Origin: Prevotella sp.
Lineage (GTDB): Bacteria; Bacteroidota; Bacteroidia; Bacteroidales; Bacteroidaceae
Assembly (NCBI GenBank): GCA_017548525.1
Contig: JAFYZV010000230.1
Location: forward strand, 2,981 to 66,980
Direction: 5' to 3'
DNA: 64,000 bases
Shown: one piece after another, positions 51,701 to 61,700 of the stretch
Layout of the letters: every line of letters starts with the position of its first letter
Position numbering within the stretch: the stretch's first letter is position 1
Notes under the pieces: model-generated
Told to the model about the DNA's origin: nothing
What the model saw: the letters and a program-made list of their open reading frames with translations, nothing else
Databases searched by the model: none
Translations under genes and position numbers: made by a program

Positions 51701-52060
51701 GCCGCCACGACGGGCTTTCACCTCCACCTCTTGTATTTGTCGGGCATCGTTTTCCATCGTCACGTCGAGCGTGGTTTGCCCTGTATACTTAAATCGCTGG
51801 GTCTTCATACCGATATACGAGAACACCAACTGAAGGTCTTTCTCGCCCTCTGGCACTTTCAATGAGTATTTACCGTTGAAGTCTGTCGTGACACCTGTCA
51901 CAATACGGTTCTGGCTGTTCTGGAAGGTAACATTTACGCCGATACAGGGTTCCTCTGCCCCCGCAAACATCTCGTACACCGTACCCGTCACCGTGTTTTG
52001 CGCCAAGGCAGACAAGGCGAACAGACAGGACATCAGGCTTAAATATATCTTGTGTTTCAT
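48788..52060 (-). CDS. SusC/RagA TonB-dependent transporter
   Basis: CarboxypepD-like N-terminus, PLIVIDG, DIESIEVLKDAASTAVYG, LKWET and C-terminal LNF. Confidence 0.96.
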   Translation of the reverse strand: MKHKIYLSLMSCLFALSALAQNTVTGTVYEMFAGAEEPCIGVNVTFQNSQNRIVTGVTTDFNGKYSLKVPEGEKDLQLVFSYIGMKTQRFKYTGQTTLDVTMENDARQIQEVEVKARRGGDRNDMGVTSRQLAFATQKIDMNAITATTPVTSIEEALQGQLGGVDIIAAGDPGAKSSIRIRGTATLNSNADPLIVIDGVPYNTDIDDSFDFNTASQEDFAQMLNLNPNDIESIEVLKDAASTAVYGTAGANGVLLITKKKGVMGKTNFTFSTKNSLKIEPKSMPMLNGNEYVAFIQDAIWNAANARGLAGQSALLEYLFDTPEINYNQEWRYFDEYNQNVDWLDYITKNAFTTDNSFAMSGGGERATYRYSLAYTNEGGTTKGTGLGRLTTSLDIGYKFSEKLRVNAEYSYTDTKKDALWVDRVRAEAMRKMPNKSPYYIDDATGEMTSTYFTRQNSEEFQGAFNGSKNFHPIIMAEESFSKLHSKEQKMTVRAAYYATEHLTYRGYVSMRFTTNKTNKFLPQSATGVTTDNTYANQASDAYTNTFSLQTENKLMYTNEWMDKKHQLTATALWRTSQNRSSNYSATRYNVASSSISDPGSGGGALLSQGSGTSEGRTLSGIASIVYTFLDRYTINGTANYEGKSSLGKDNRWGFFPSIGVSWQFADEPFMKWSKEWLSEFKIRSSYGMSGNAPSGTSPYVGTYASIGTYMDASAITANKMQLNKLKWETSTEFDIGTDISLWDGKLRATFDYYHKKTKDLLQRNYSVPSYTGYNPSSGVVKLNYFNSGRLENKGWEFRIDYNVLKMKDWDFSVNWNFNRNINTIVELPENQSTEEYTFNNGEYAKRIIAGTAVGSFFGYRYKGVYQNTEDTYAKDAEGGVMYDLQGKPIVMTNGTYVCYPGDAKYEDINHDGKIDKNDIVYLGNSNPIISGGGGFTLKYKKLTMTVFMHYRLGQKIINSARMNAESMRGSDNQSTAVLRRWRNEGDDTDIPRALWGWGFNYLGSDRFVENCSFVRLKTLSLSYSFPKTWCKAVGMNSISMFVTGYDLFTFSSYTGQDPEVTLPSGITDLAMDSSQTPRSKRFSVGLTLNF

Positions 52061-52081
52061 GTCTTTTGAGTTTATGGGGAT

Positions 52082-54454
52082 TTAGAAAATGTCTTCAATA
52101 AAATGGGCTGCCCCATCCTCATAGACGAAGGGGAAATAATCGTAGTCGGCAGTCACGTACACCCGCTTGCTGGTAGTACCCGTCTGGTGGTCTGTAGTAG
52201 AGACGCTCAGGCGTGAACCGTCATCATAGACATTGAGGCGTGACGAGAGAATATTGAAACTCGCGTCTTGCGACTGCTGGTAAGTAATAAGACCTCCCTG
52301 TGTCTCGGTGTTCTCACCCCACCCAACGTATGGATAGTTGGTGATGACAGCCGTTGACAGGGGAACGAAATATTGCGAGAGGTAATATTGCAACTTCTCG
52401 GCATCGGTAACGGTTACATGGTCAAAGAAATCCTCACTCCCCACGGTGGCTCCCTCTGCCATGATGCCAGGGATGCGACCATTGACGATTCCTTGTTCCA
52501 CGGCGTTGGTGACAGGGATAAACATGAGGCTGCTCTCTGCCATGATGCTGATGGTTTGCGAGGCGGTAACAAACATACCCGCCTTATTCAAGAGGTTAAT
52601 CCATCCGTAGAAGTCGGTACTGGTGTCATTGCGCAACCCCCACATCTGGCGTATCAGATAATTGTCGTTGACATTATTGAAATTACCCTCCAAGAGCAAG
52701 TTCTCATAACTATACGCATGACCGTTGCTCCATCCATTCACGTCGCCACGATAATCAAGCGGCGAGAACTTGGCAAACACATCGTCTTCGGTGGTGGTGT
52801 TAGCCGCATATTTCAACAGCTCGTTGTGCTTGATGCAATTGGTGATACGACCATCCTTCACATACCAATACATACTCATGTCAGGAGAGAGGGCGCGGAA
52901 TACCGCCTTGCCGCTCGTGGGCAACACGGTGTTGCCATCGGTGGGTGCCACCACGTGGGTGTAGATATAGCTCTGGGTATTGGATCCCGACATGCCGTTG
53001 GGCTGCGCCATGGAAACGAGACGGCCATTCTCGTTGATGGTGATACCCGCGTTGTTCATCAATTGGTCATTGTCAGGGTACAACATGATGTAACTCACGG
53101 CATCCTGGCACAATGTCGATTGCATTCCCGAATTGGAAAGCATCGTTTGGAACGTGCTATATTTCTTGTATTGGTAGGCTGGTCCCGTCACGGAATTGAA
53201 CATAGCGGGCGGAGTCAGCACGGAACACCCGTACAATACGCCATTGGAACAAATCACACGGTCTTCCTGTGGCACTTCGTTGGTGTTGAATTTTATCGGT
53301 TGCTCTTCGGAATCAAGGATGGTGCCATTCTCTATCTCGTCAGGGAACACGATGCTCTCCCCGTAGATGCAATGGCGGAGCAAGGTGGAAACCAATGTCG
53401 GCGAAACGGAATCCAACACTTCATAGCCACCAACCCTCCAATAATCATTAAAGAAATCTTGCAAGGCATTATCAGTAGGTGCGAAGATGCTATAAGCGTT
53501 ATAAGCCAATTCTGTCACCTGACGATAATTGCTTACTGGCCACTCGCTGGCGATAGGCGGAAGTCTCACACCCGATGACGCATCATTAAACTCCACTTGG
53601 TACAAGTCGGTACCGTTACCATAGTTCAACGTGAGGTCATCATCCTTGGTGTATGTGCGGAAGGAGTCATAGAATGACAGGAAATTCTTGTATTTCCCCG
53701 CACTCTTCATTTCGCTATAAAGGGTCTCCAACGGGCGCAACACGCGATCCACCTTATATATATATCCATTCTTGGCAATCGTCTCATATTCCGTCACCGA
53801 GGCATTGGAGACATTGAAACCGCCATCGCCCTTCCATCCCGTCTCAGGATAGAAGTATTCGTAGTTGCTCTTTGCGTCTATGCCCTTCGTGCGGAACATC
53901 AGATAGGAATACACGGGCAGGTAACGCTCCAAGTGATAGACATTCACCGTGTACGTGGCAGAGTCCGTCACGTTCTCCTCCACGCTGATAGGGTCTTGGC
54001 TCTTCGTGCGGAACTTGTAATACAAGCCAGCATTGACAAGCTTCTCGTCCTCCGTGGCACCATCGCCCTCCTTGGGTCGGAAATTCATCAACTTGTTCTT
54101 GTCAAACGAGTAATAGAGGATGTGGAAGCCGATTAGCTTCTTGACTTCCTCCGTCGAGAGTTCCTCTATAGAGGACTTGCCGTAGGTCTGGCTGATGTAC
54201 GAAGTCATCGCGTCGTCGGTCGGTGCCATGACGGTGAGAATGGACTTGCCGTTCAGGATGGGCTGGAAACCTGCCAAGTCCACACCCTTCAGGAAGATGC
54301 CATAGTTGCCGTCTGCCGCCAACTCCTCATAGATGGAACCCCTGATCCAGTCAGGAGTCTCGAAATACTCGTCCATGTCGGAGCAAGACGACAAGGCAAA
54401 TGAACACGCCAATAGCGCGGCCATGGTCTTTTTTGAAAGTCTTGGTCTTCTCAT
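52082..54454 (-). CDS. Multi-fasciclin-domain lipoprotein
   Basis: Lipobox LSSC, TVMAPTDDA, AKNGYIYKVDRVL, SIFAPTDNA and CSNGVLY. Confidence 0.82.
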   Translation of the reverse strand: MRRPRLSKKTMAALLACSFALSSCSDMDEYFETPDWIRGSIYEELAADGNYGIFLKGVDLAGFQPILNGKSILTVMAPTDDAMTSYISQTYGKSSIEELSTEEVKKLIGFHILYYSFDKNKLMNFRPKEGDGATEDEKLVNAGLYYKFRTKSQDPISVEENVTDSATYTVNVYHLERYLPVYSYLMFRTKGIDAKSNYEYFYPETGWKGDGGFNVSNASVTEYETIAKNGYIYKVDRVLRPLETLYSEMKSAGKYKNFLSFYDSFRTYTKDDDLTLNYGNGTDLYQVEFNDASSGVRLPPIASEWPVSNYRQVTELAYNAYSIFAPTDNALQDFFNDYWRVGGYEVLDSVSPTLVSTLLRHCIYGESIVFPDEIENGTILDSEEQPIKFNTNEVPQEDRVICSNGVLYGCSVLTPPAMFNSVTGPAYQYKKYSTFQTMLSNSGMQSTLCQDAVSYIMLYPDNDQLMNNAGITINENGRLVSMAQPNGMSGSNTQSYIYTHVVAPTDGNTVLPTSGKAVFRALSPDMSMYWYVKDGRITNCIKHNELLKYAANTTTEDDVFAKFSPLDYRGDVNGWSNGHAYSYENLLLEGNFNNVNDNYLIRQMWGLRNDTSTDFYGWINLLNKAGMFVTASQTISIMAESSLMFIPVTNAVEQGIVNGRIPGIMAEGATVGSEDFFDHVTVTDAEKLQYYLSQYFVPLSTAVITNYPYVGWGENTETQGGLITYQQSQDASFNILSSRLNVYDDGSRLSVSTTDHQTGTTSKRVYVTADYDYFPFVYEDGAAHFIEDIF

Positions 54455-54658
54455 ATAATGTTTAAAAATTTGTTGTTTAGTCAACAATTGTAGTAGATAC
54501 GAGATGCTTCTCGCCTTTAAGAGTTTGTAAAATTATGCAAAATTACTAAAATATCACCTACCTATAAATATCTATAGGGAAAAATTATATAATTATAACA
54601 TTTTTAACAGATACCATCCAGAATGTTCCTCCATTTGTCCACCTTCGGACAAAAGAAA

Positions 54659-54689
54659 AAGGGTCGTACCGATGAAAGGCACGACCCTT
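54659..54689 (-). terminator. Terminator downstream of the RM gene
   Basis: aagggtcgt...acgaccctt with an A-run on its left (U-tract on the minus strand). Confidence 0.65.
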
Positions 54690-54811
54690 GTTGCGTTTGT
54701 TTACCCATTCTCCAACTAATGAAACTCAAATTGTGGATGGCATCAGCATGACGGCACCTCATTCTTATTGGCAAATGCAAGCCACTTACGATTCTTTTAC
54801 ATTGTAATATA

Positions 54812-57736
54812 CTATTTAGTCTTCTCCTTATACAACTTGAACAACTCAGCGACGCATTGGCTCTCAGTAAATGAAGACCTGACAGGGAAACCGTATGCTT
54901 GCATCACGGCGCGGTCGTTGTCCTGATGGGCACGGCGCAGTTCTACGGGCATCGTCAGCTCGTCGTAGAGGTCGGCCAATGAGGAGTCGGGATATTTGGC
55001 ACGGGCATCGAGAATGGCCTGAGCCGTTTGCTCAATCTTAGCCTTTTGTTCGTCTGTAGGAGAAGGCCAAGGGAAGTTGTTGTAAACAATATCCTTCGAG
55101 TAACGGTAACGCATTTCAAGCCTACCACATACAGCTCGCATCCAAGCCATGTGAACATTGCTTTCGAGAATGCCAAAGTGATAGAGAGTGGCATCGGGGA
55201 TGATAAGCACAAGGTTTGTGGGAATTGTATCCGATGTCAAAAAGCCCATTGGCACATAACGTCGTCGTTCAGAAGAAACAGACGGAACAACTATATATGT
55301 ATCAGGGTTATTCGTCTCGCGAAATAAATGAGGGAAGTCTGCAAGTCGTCTTGTTGCAGGATCACTACTTGCCTCACGCATCTTACGTACACCTTCCATA
55401 CGTTCCATAACAGCAGGCATTTGTCTCAGTTCGGCTGGTGTTGCATTTTTTAACCATAGGCAATAGCGAGGCTTGTTGTTGATATACTCTTTTGAGCCGA
55501 TAAGCCGTTTGATAAACCTCTCTGCTTTTGGCTCTCGAATTAAAAATGCATTTCGTTCTGCAGCCTCGATAATAAGATTACCGCCATCTGTCGGTTGATT
55601 GCCTTTGCGAATTGCAGGCACATCGCACAAAGGTTTGTTTCGATTCTCAATGAAAACGTTGGGAGCATCCATGAGATATGCGTTAATGTTTGTGGCTTTG
55701 CGCTCTATATCGTTGTCGATAATCTTCTTGGGCAATTTGTTGTCTGCTCGACTAAACCCGACAATGACACAATGAACATGTGCTTTAAGTGAAGCCTCGC
55801 TATCCCAGCGGAATGTACGATGAGCGAAATCAATGTGTATTCCATATTGCTCAAAGAGTGGTTTCCATAGATTAGCCACCTGTTCCCCTTGTGTAATGCT
55901 ATTTGTTGAGACTAGGGCAGCTTTGACATTTGAATTTCTCATTAGAAAAGCAGCCTTTTTATACCAACCCGTCACATAATCCATCTCTCCAATGTTCTTC
56001 CATTTCATGCCAAAGATATACCTAAGGTCTCTTCGTTGTTCATCGCTCATCATGTTTGCTCCCACAAATGGCGGGTTACCAACGATGTAATCGAAATGAA
56101 CTTGGCGGGTCATTGGCTCTTTGGGCTTGGTGCTTGTAACAACCTTGTCAGCATAAAGGTCGATTCTCTCAAAGCTTAACATAGGCTCACTTGCCATCAT
56201 AGACTCTTCTTTCTTTTTGGGATAGACGTATGCCTCCTCTGTTACAATGGTCGGATTATTCTCGTAAACCTCCCATTCGACCCATGACATCCTAAGTGCA
56301 TTACCTTCTTTGATATTAGTGTAACTCTTCAAAGGCAGGAAGTCTATGTCACGATGAATGATCTTTTCAGTCTCGCGGAGCATCTGCGCCTCGGAAATCC
56401 AAAGGGCTGTTGTGGCTACTGTTACGGCGAAATCGTTAATCTCAATACCATAGAACTGCTGGATGCTTACCTTAATTGGATTCAAGAATTCGCCCATCAT
56501 CGTTTGTCCGTGATACATCTCTCGGATAGCTTCGTTTTCCAGTCGGCGCAAGCTCAAATAGGTTTCCGTTAAGAAATTGCCCGAGCCACAAGCAGGGTCA
56601 AGAAAGGTCAGCGAGGATAGTTTCTGTTGATATTCGCCCAGTTTTCGCTTGCGCTGCTTTTCTACCTTTTCTTCCAGAATTTCATCTAACTCATGGCGCA
56701 AATCATTAAGGAACAATGGGTCTATAACCTTATGGATGTTCTCGATGCTGGTATAGTGCATACCGCCACTGCGACGGGTTTCAGGGTTCAGGGTCGATTC
56801 AAAGACAGCTCCGAAGATAGTGGGTGAAATCTCGCTCCAGTCAAAGTCAAGGCTGGCATTCTGCAACAGCGTCTGCTTCAACTCTTCAGTAAACTGCGGG
56901 ATTTCTATCTCCTCTTCGAACAGTCCGCCATTGGTATAAGGGAAGGTCTTCAAATCGTCTTTTAAATAACGGCTACGCTTTTCTGTCGGGGTGTTCAACA
57001 CTTCAAACAAATCACGTAAAGCACGGCGCATGTCTTCTGCTTCGTAACGAACGAGAAAGTCATGGAACTGGTCGTGAGTAAACACGCCAGCATCCTCAGC
57101 ATATAGACAGAATACTAAACGAACGCAAAGGATGTTCAACCAGCGCAGGGCTTCAGGTGAATTGTCATCATATTGTTTCAACAATGCCTCGTAAATCTTA
57201 CCAACAATCTCGCCAGCTTGCATGGATACTTCCATCTCCTTGCTTAGATGTTCGCTCTTTTCATCCACTAAAAACTTCAGACGGTAATACTCTTTGCCCA
57301 GATTCTCCAACAAGATCTGCTCAGGCTCACCGTTGGGCAGCTCCATGTCATAAACCAGAAACTCCGAGAAATTACACGTTACAATCCAGCGCGGATGCTC
57401 GGAGACAGGAAGACTGACCACATATCGACGGGCTTGCTGGAATGGATTCAATAAGGAACCATCACTCTGACGTATGCCTGCCCGCAAATCCTTACCCAAA
57501 GATTTCTGCTCAATCAGGACTTTAGTTGAACGGATGCGCCCATCAATGAAGTTTGAAGCGTCCACCATACGATGGTCTTCAAAGGTGATAAATCCATCCG
57601 ATGGCGTTTCTATACCAAAGACATTGCTCAACAAGTCAATCCAAAAAGGTTGTGATTCACCGCGCTCGTATCCTCTGCCTTTCCATCGCTCTGCGAATTC
57701 CGCTGCGGAGATAGCTATTTGTTTCTCGTTTTTCAT
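54812..57736 (-). CDS. MmeI-family (type IIL/IIG) fused restriction endonuclease / N6-adenine methyltransferase
   Basis: ESQPFW, IDG...LIEQKS and QARRY nuclease motifs; GMHYTS, LDPACGSGNF, GNPPF; target-recognition region SSERRRYVPMGF and C-terminal SLADLYD. Confidence 0.9.
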   Translation of the reverse strand: MKNEKQIAISAAEFAERWKGRGYERGESQPFWIDLLSNVFGIETPSDGFITFEDHRMVDASNFIDGRIRSTKVLIEQKSLGKDLRAGIRQSDGSLLNPFQQARRYVVSLPVSEHPRWIVTCNFSEFLVYDMELPNGEPEQILLENLGKEYYRLKFLVDEKSEHLSKEMEVSMQAGEIVGKIYEALLKQYDDNSPEALRWLNILCVRLVFCLYAEDAGVFTHDQFHDFLVRYEAEDMRRALRDLFEVLNTPTEKRSRYLKDDLKTFPYTNGGLFEEEIEIPQFTEELKQTLLQNASLDFDWSEISPTIFGAVFESTLNPETRRSGGMHYTSIENIHKVIDPLFLNDLRHELDEILEEKVEKQRKRKLGEYQQKLSSLTFLDPACGSGNFLTETYLSLRRLENEAIREMYHGQTMMGEFLNPIKVSIQQFYGIEINDFAVTVATTALWISEAQMLRETEKIIHRDIDFLPLKSYTNIKEGNALRMSWVEWEVYENNPTIVTEEAYVYPKKKEESMMASEPMLSFERIDLYADKVVTSTKPKEPMTRQVHFDYIVGNPPFVGANMMSDEQRRDLRYIFGMKWKNIGEMDYVTGWYKKAAFLMRNSNVKAALVSTNSITQGEQVANLWKPLFEQYGIHIDFAHRTFRWDSEASLKAHVHCVIVGFSRADNKLPKKIIDNDIERKATNINAYLMDAPNVFIENRNKPLCDVPAIRKGNQPTDGGNLIIEAAERNAFLIREPKAERFIKRLIGSKEYINNKPRYCLWLKNATPAELRQMPAVMERMEGVRKMREASSDPATRRLADFPHLFRETNNPDTYIVVPSVSSERRRYVPMGFLTSDTIPTNLVLIIPDATLYHFGILESNVHMAWMRAVCGRLEMRYRYSKDIVYNNFPWPSPTDEQKAKIEQTAQAILDARAKYPDSSLADLYDELTMPVELRRAHQDNDRAVMQAYGFPVRSSFTESQCVAELFKLYKEKTK

Positions 57737-58085
57737 AATGACAATTGTTTCTGCAAAGATAATAAATAGTTTTGATAAACGAACAAAATGATAAGAAACC
57801 ATAACAAATATTGTTTCCAAGTGATTTGCGCCTTCTAATGATTATCGTTTCTTGGTAGCCAACAATATGTTTCATAGTACACATAGATAGTAAGCTGCGC
57901 CAAATATACAAATACTTCTATTTCATACTGAGAATTATAAATTATTGTTGCAACGTTGCCACACCTCTCTTAACTTATTGATAAACAACTCATTGGGCTG
58001 TGGCATTAAGGTGGCATTGGTGGCAACAAATGATGAATTTAACAAAATATTAACACAAAATAGCCACAAAGATGCAACGAAATAG

Positions 58086-58116
58086 TTGCAAATTTGGGTG
58101 ATATTTTGTAACTTTG
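58086..58116 (+). promoter_or_regulatory. Bacteroidetes promoter inside the inverted-repeat element
   Basis: TTG-N20-TAACTTTG pointing into the 22-bp array. Confidence 0.65.
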
Positions 58117-58166
58117 CCATTGTGAACGGTCTACCCAAATGATTAACAAGAGCATATTACCAGAAT

Positions 58167-58320
58167 CGCTACCAGTGCTTGGTAATGCCGTTACCAACGT
58201 GTGGTAGCACCATTACCAGCATGTGGTAACGTCATTACCAGCATGTGGTAACGTCATTACCAGTATGTGGTAACGTCATTACCGCTATATGGTGAATGTA
58301 GTACCATGTTGCGGTAGCTG
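58167..58320. repeat. 22-bp palindromic tandem repeat, 7 copies
   Basis: TACC at 58170, 58192, 58214, 58236, 58258, 58280 and 58302; consensus cattaccagcatgtggtaacgt. Confidence 0.95.
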
Positions 58321-58769
58321 CCCCAAATGACACCTTTTTTCACTCAAAATCGATACGAAAATAGTCGTTTTATTGAGATTGTTGCCACCATGCCACCTTA
58401 ATGCCACACTTTAAAACGTTGTCTTTCAGCAAATTATGTGAGGTGTGGCATTGTTGCAACAATTATTTTATTTTCCAGGGACAAAGGATAACTCATAATA
58501 AAACGTGTAACGATTCCCTTCTTTTAAGTTGTGCCAAGTCGTTTTCAATGGTTCTGTCTGAAATAGTAAATATTTCCGAAGTCTTTTCGACATGTACGGT
58601 TGAAATATTTCTCCTTATGTATGATTTATTTCATGCCTTATTTCATTGTCTTGTATATTATTGTTAGATGTTTGGTGAAATGAACAAAAAAGCCTAATTT
58701 TGCAACCTCAAAGATATTTATTCACGAGATAGGTCTCCGATAGGAGAAAAGGGTAAAAAGGAGCAAATT

Positions 58770-61700
58770 ATGATATGGTCAATACTACAAACCACAATTC
58801 TTATTATCAATGAGTTGATGGCATCCAACGTGGGAACGGCGATGAGTCCTGCGACAAATTTTGATAGTTGGATAGAGATATACAATCCGTCTGAACAACC
58901 TGTAGACTTGTCAGGCTGCTTTTTGAGTGACGATGCCAACAACCTCATGCGTTGGTGTATGCCCAATAACATCGGGAGCGTACCAGCCAAGGGATTCAAG
59001 GTGATTTGGCTTGGCTCCAACGACATCAAGAACAACCAAGCACCTTTCAAACTGGATTGTGACGGGGGAACCATTTACCTCAGCGACAAGGACGGGCAAC
59101 TCATCGTCAAGCAAGATTATCCCGAAGCCATGAGCCGCACGTCGTATGCGCGAAAGACAGATGGCACGGGCGACTGGGGATGGACAGCGGATGCGACACC
59201 TGGAGCCACCAATGCCACCGCCACGTTTGCCGATAAGCGATTAGACCCTCCCGTGGTGGACCAAGACAGTAAGCTTTTTAATGGAATGATGACGGTGAAC
59301 GTCAACATACCCGAGGGAACCACATTGGTTTACACCACCGACGGAAGTGTTCCCCTTGCTCCTCATGGCAGCGTCGTGACCCCTGGATGGCAAGACCTCA
59401 TCGTGAATGGTAATTGTGAAGGCGACAATGTGACTTGCCTTGTGGGGAAAGATGGCGATGGCGGTGGAGAGCTTGTAACCCATATCCTCGAAGGCGTTGG
59501 TTATAATGGCTCGCGTGGCATCAAGGTACATGCCATTGCCAATCCATCCCAAGACTGGGATACGCAGTTCTTCGTCTATACGCCCAATCATGTGTGGAAT
59601 GCAGGCGACAAGTTTCGCTTTACGATGAAAGTTCGTGCCGACAAGAATGCGCACATTTCCGTACAATCCCATGCTGAGCCTTCCAACTACATTCATTGGA
59701 CGATGTTGGATGGCGGGTATAACGTCACGACCACTTGGCAAGAAATCTCCTACGAAGGAAATATCTCTGACCAACAAGCAGGATTCTCGGGAATGCAAAC
59801 CATCGCTTTCAACCTTAACGAGTTGAGAACGTATGATAACAATTTCTATTTCGATGACATTTCATGGGAATGCTATAACTCATCGGATGGAGGAGTGGTA
59901 GGCAATATCAGTGAGACAGGCACTTTTAATATCGTCAATACCACCAATCTCTGTTTCCGTCTGTTCAAGGAGGGATGGTTGCCAAGCGTTCCCGTTACAA
60001 GGTCGTATATCAAGACAACCAACGAATATACCATTCCCGTCATCTCCATTGTTGGAAACAAGAAATACTTCACCGACAATCAATGGGGTATTGACACGAG
60101 AGGAACCAATGGTAAAACAGGAAACGGACAATCCTCGAAATGCAATTGGAATATGCCTTGGGAACGTCCAGTCAACTTCTCGTTCATCACGCCAGAAGGA
60201 GTGATGGCTTACAACCAAGACGTGGAAATCTCCGTATCGGGCGGTTGGACTCGTTCCGCCTCGCCTCGCTCGTTCAAGTTGAAGTCAGGGAAGGAGTTTG
60301 ATGGGAAAAACACCCTCGATTATCCTTTCTTCCCGCAGAAGCCCTATTTAAGGAACAAGACCATCCTGTTGCGCAATGGCGGAAATGACGTTTGGGATCA
60401 CAACGGCAGTAGATTCATGGATCCCGCCTTGCAAACCATTATCCAACGTGCTGACATCAATCTCGACTTGCAGTCATACGTTCCTATTATAGAGTATGTG
60501 AACGGGGAGTTTCGTGGTGTTCTCAACATGCGCGAGCCCAACAACAAGAAATTCGTGGAGGCAAACTTCGGATATGATGACGACAAGATAGACATGTTTG
60601 AGATGAGTGCCGACTCGAATGTAGTATTCATGGTGGGAACAAAAGACGTTTTGGAACGCATCTATGAATTAGGCGAACATGCCACCGATGCTGGCGCATA
60701 CGAGGAACTCAAGCAAATACTCGACATTGATGAGTTTACCAATTACATGGCTGTGGAACTCTATATTGGCTCTACCGACTGGCCACACAACAACATCAAG
60801 GGATTCAGAAGCCAAGAGGATGGTCGCTATCGCTTTGTGACATTCGACCTCGACTTTGCATTCCAAAACAGCAACCCGTTCACGGCATTTGCCAATGACC
60901 AGTGGCATAAGTTCAATCTCATTTATGACACCAACGAGGAAAGATACGAGGAAATCAAGTTGGTGACGTTTTTCCTCAATTTGCTCAGCAACGACGAGTT
61001 CCGAAAGAAGTTCATAGATACATTCTGCCTCATTGGTGGAAGTGTGTTTGAGAAAGAACGTGCTACAGCTATCGTCAACGAATTGGCTGACCGCGTGAGA
61101 CCCATGATGCAATTAGACAATTGGCGGAGTCCCGATACATCAGCCAACCTGATTATCTCGAAGTTGAACACGTTGACGGAATCCATGACCACTTGTATGC
61201 AAAACTTCAAGTACATGAAGCTTTCTGGCGTGAAGAAACAAAGCGTGCAACTAAGCACAGATACGGAAGGTGCAAACCTATACGTGAACGGCATAGAGGT
61301 ACCGTATGCGGACTTCAATGGTTATCTCTTCGCACCTGTTCAATTGGAAGCCAAAGCTCCTGCTGGCTATTCTTTCACGGGATGGAAGAAATCCGTCTCG
61401 GCAACCAATGAACTATTCGGACTGAACAGCACATGGAAATACTATGACAAAGGAGCCATGAGCAGCACCGTATGGCGCACTCCAGGTTACAGCGATACTT
61501 CATGGTCATCGGGAGAAAGCCCCCTCGGCTATAAGACACCTGGCATCAAGACGACGGTTAGCTATGGCTCGAATGCCAATCAAAAGAATCCTACGACCTA
61601 TTTCCGCAAGACGGTCAACCTCAGTAAAGCCCCATCCAACAATGACGTTTTCATTTTGGATTATCAAGTGGATGATGGTTTTGTTCTTTATGTCAACGGA

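Larger units (their letters stand above)
57938..58470. other. Non-coding element bounded by ~90-bp imperfect inverted repeats
   Basis: 57938-58029 versus 58379-58470 match at about 73 of 92 positions as reverse complements (hand alignment). Confidence 0.8.

Noticed and set aside
58167-58320. CRISPR array interpretation of the 22-bp palindromic repeats (also 16141-16246 and 38359-38419)
   Set aside because: Units are contiguous with only 5-nt variable segments; there are no 25-45 nt unique spacers and no cas genes in the window.
57657-58667. Short ORFs 57657-57911, 57935-58138 and 58401-58667
   Set aside because: They overlap promoters and the inverted repeats, have no domain features, and show composition typical of non-coding DNA.
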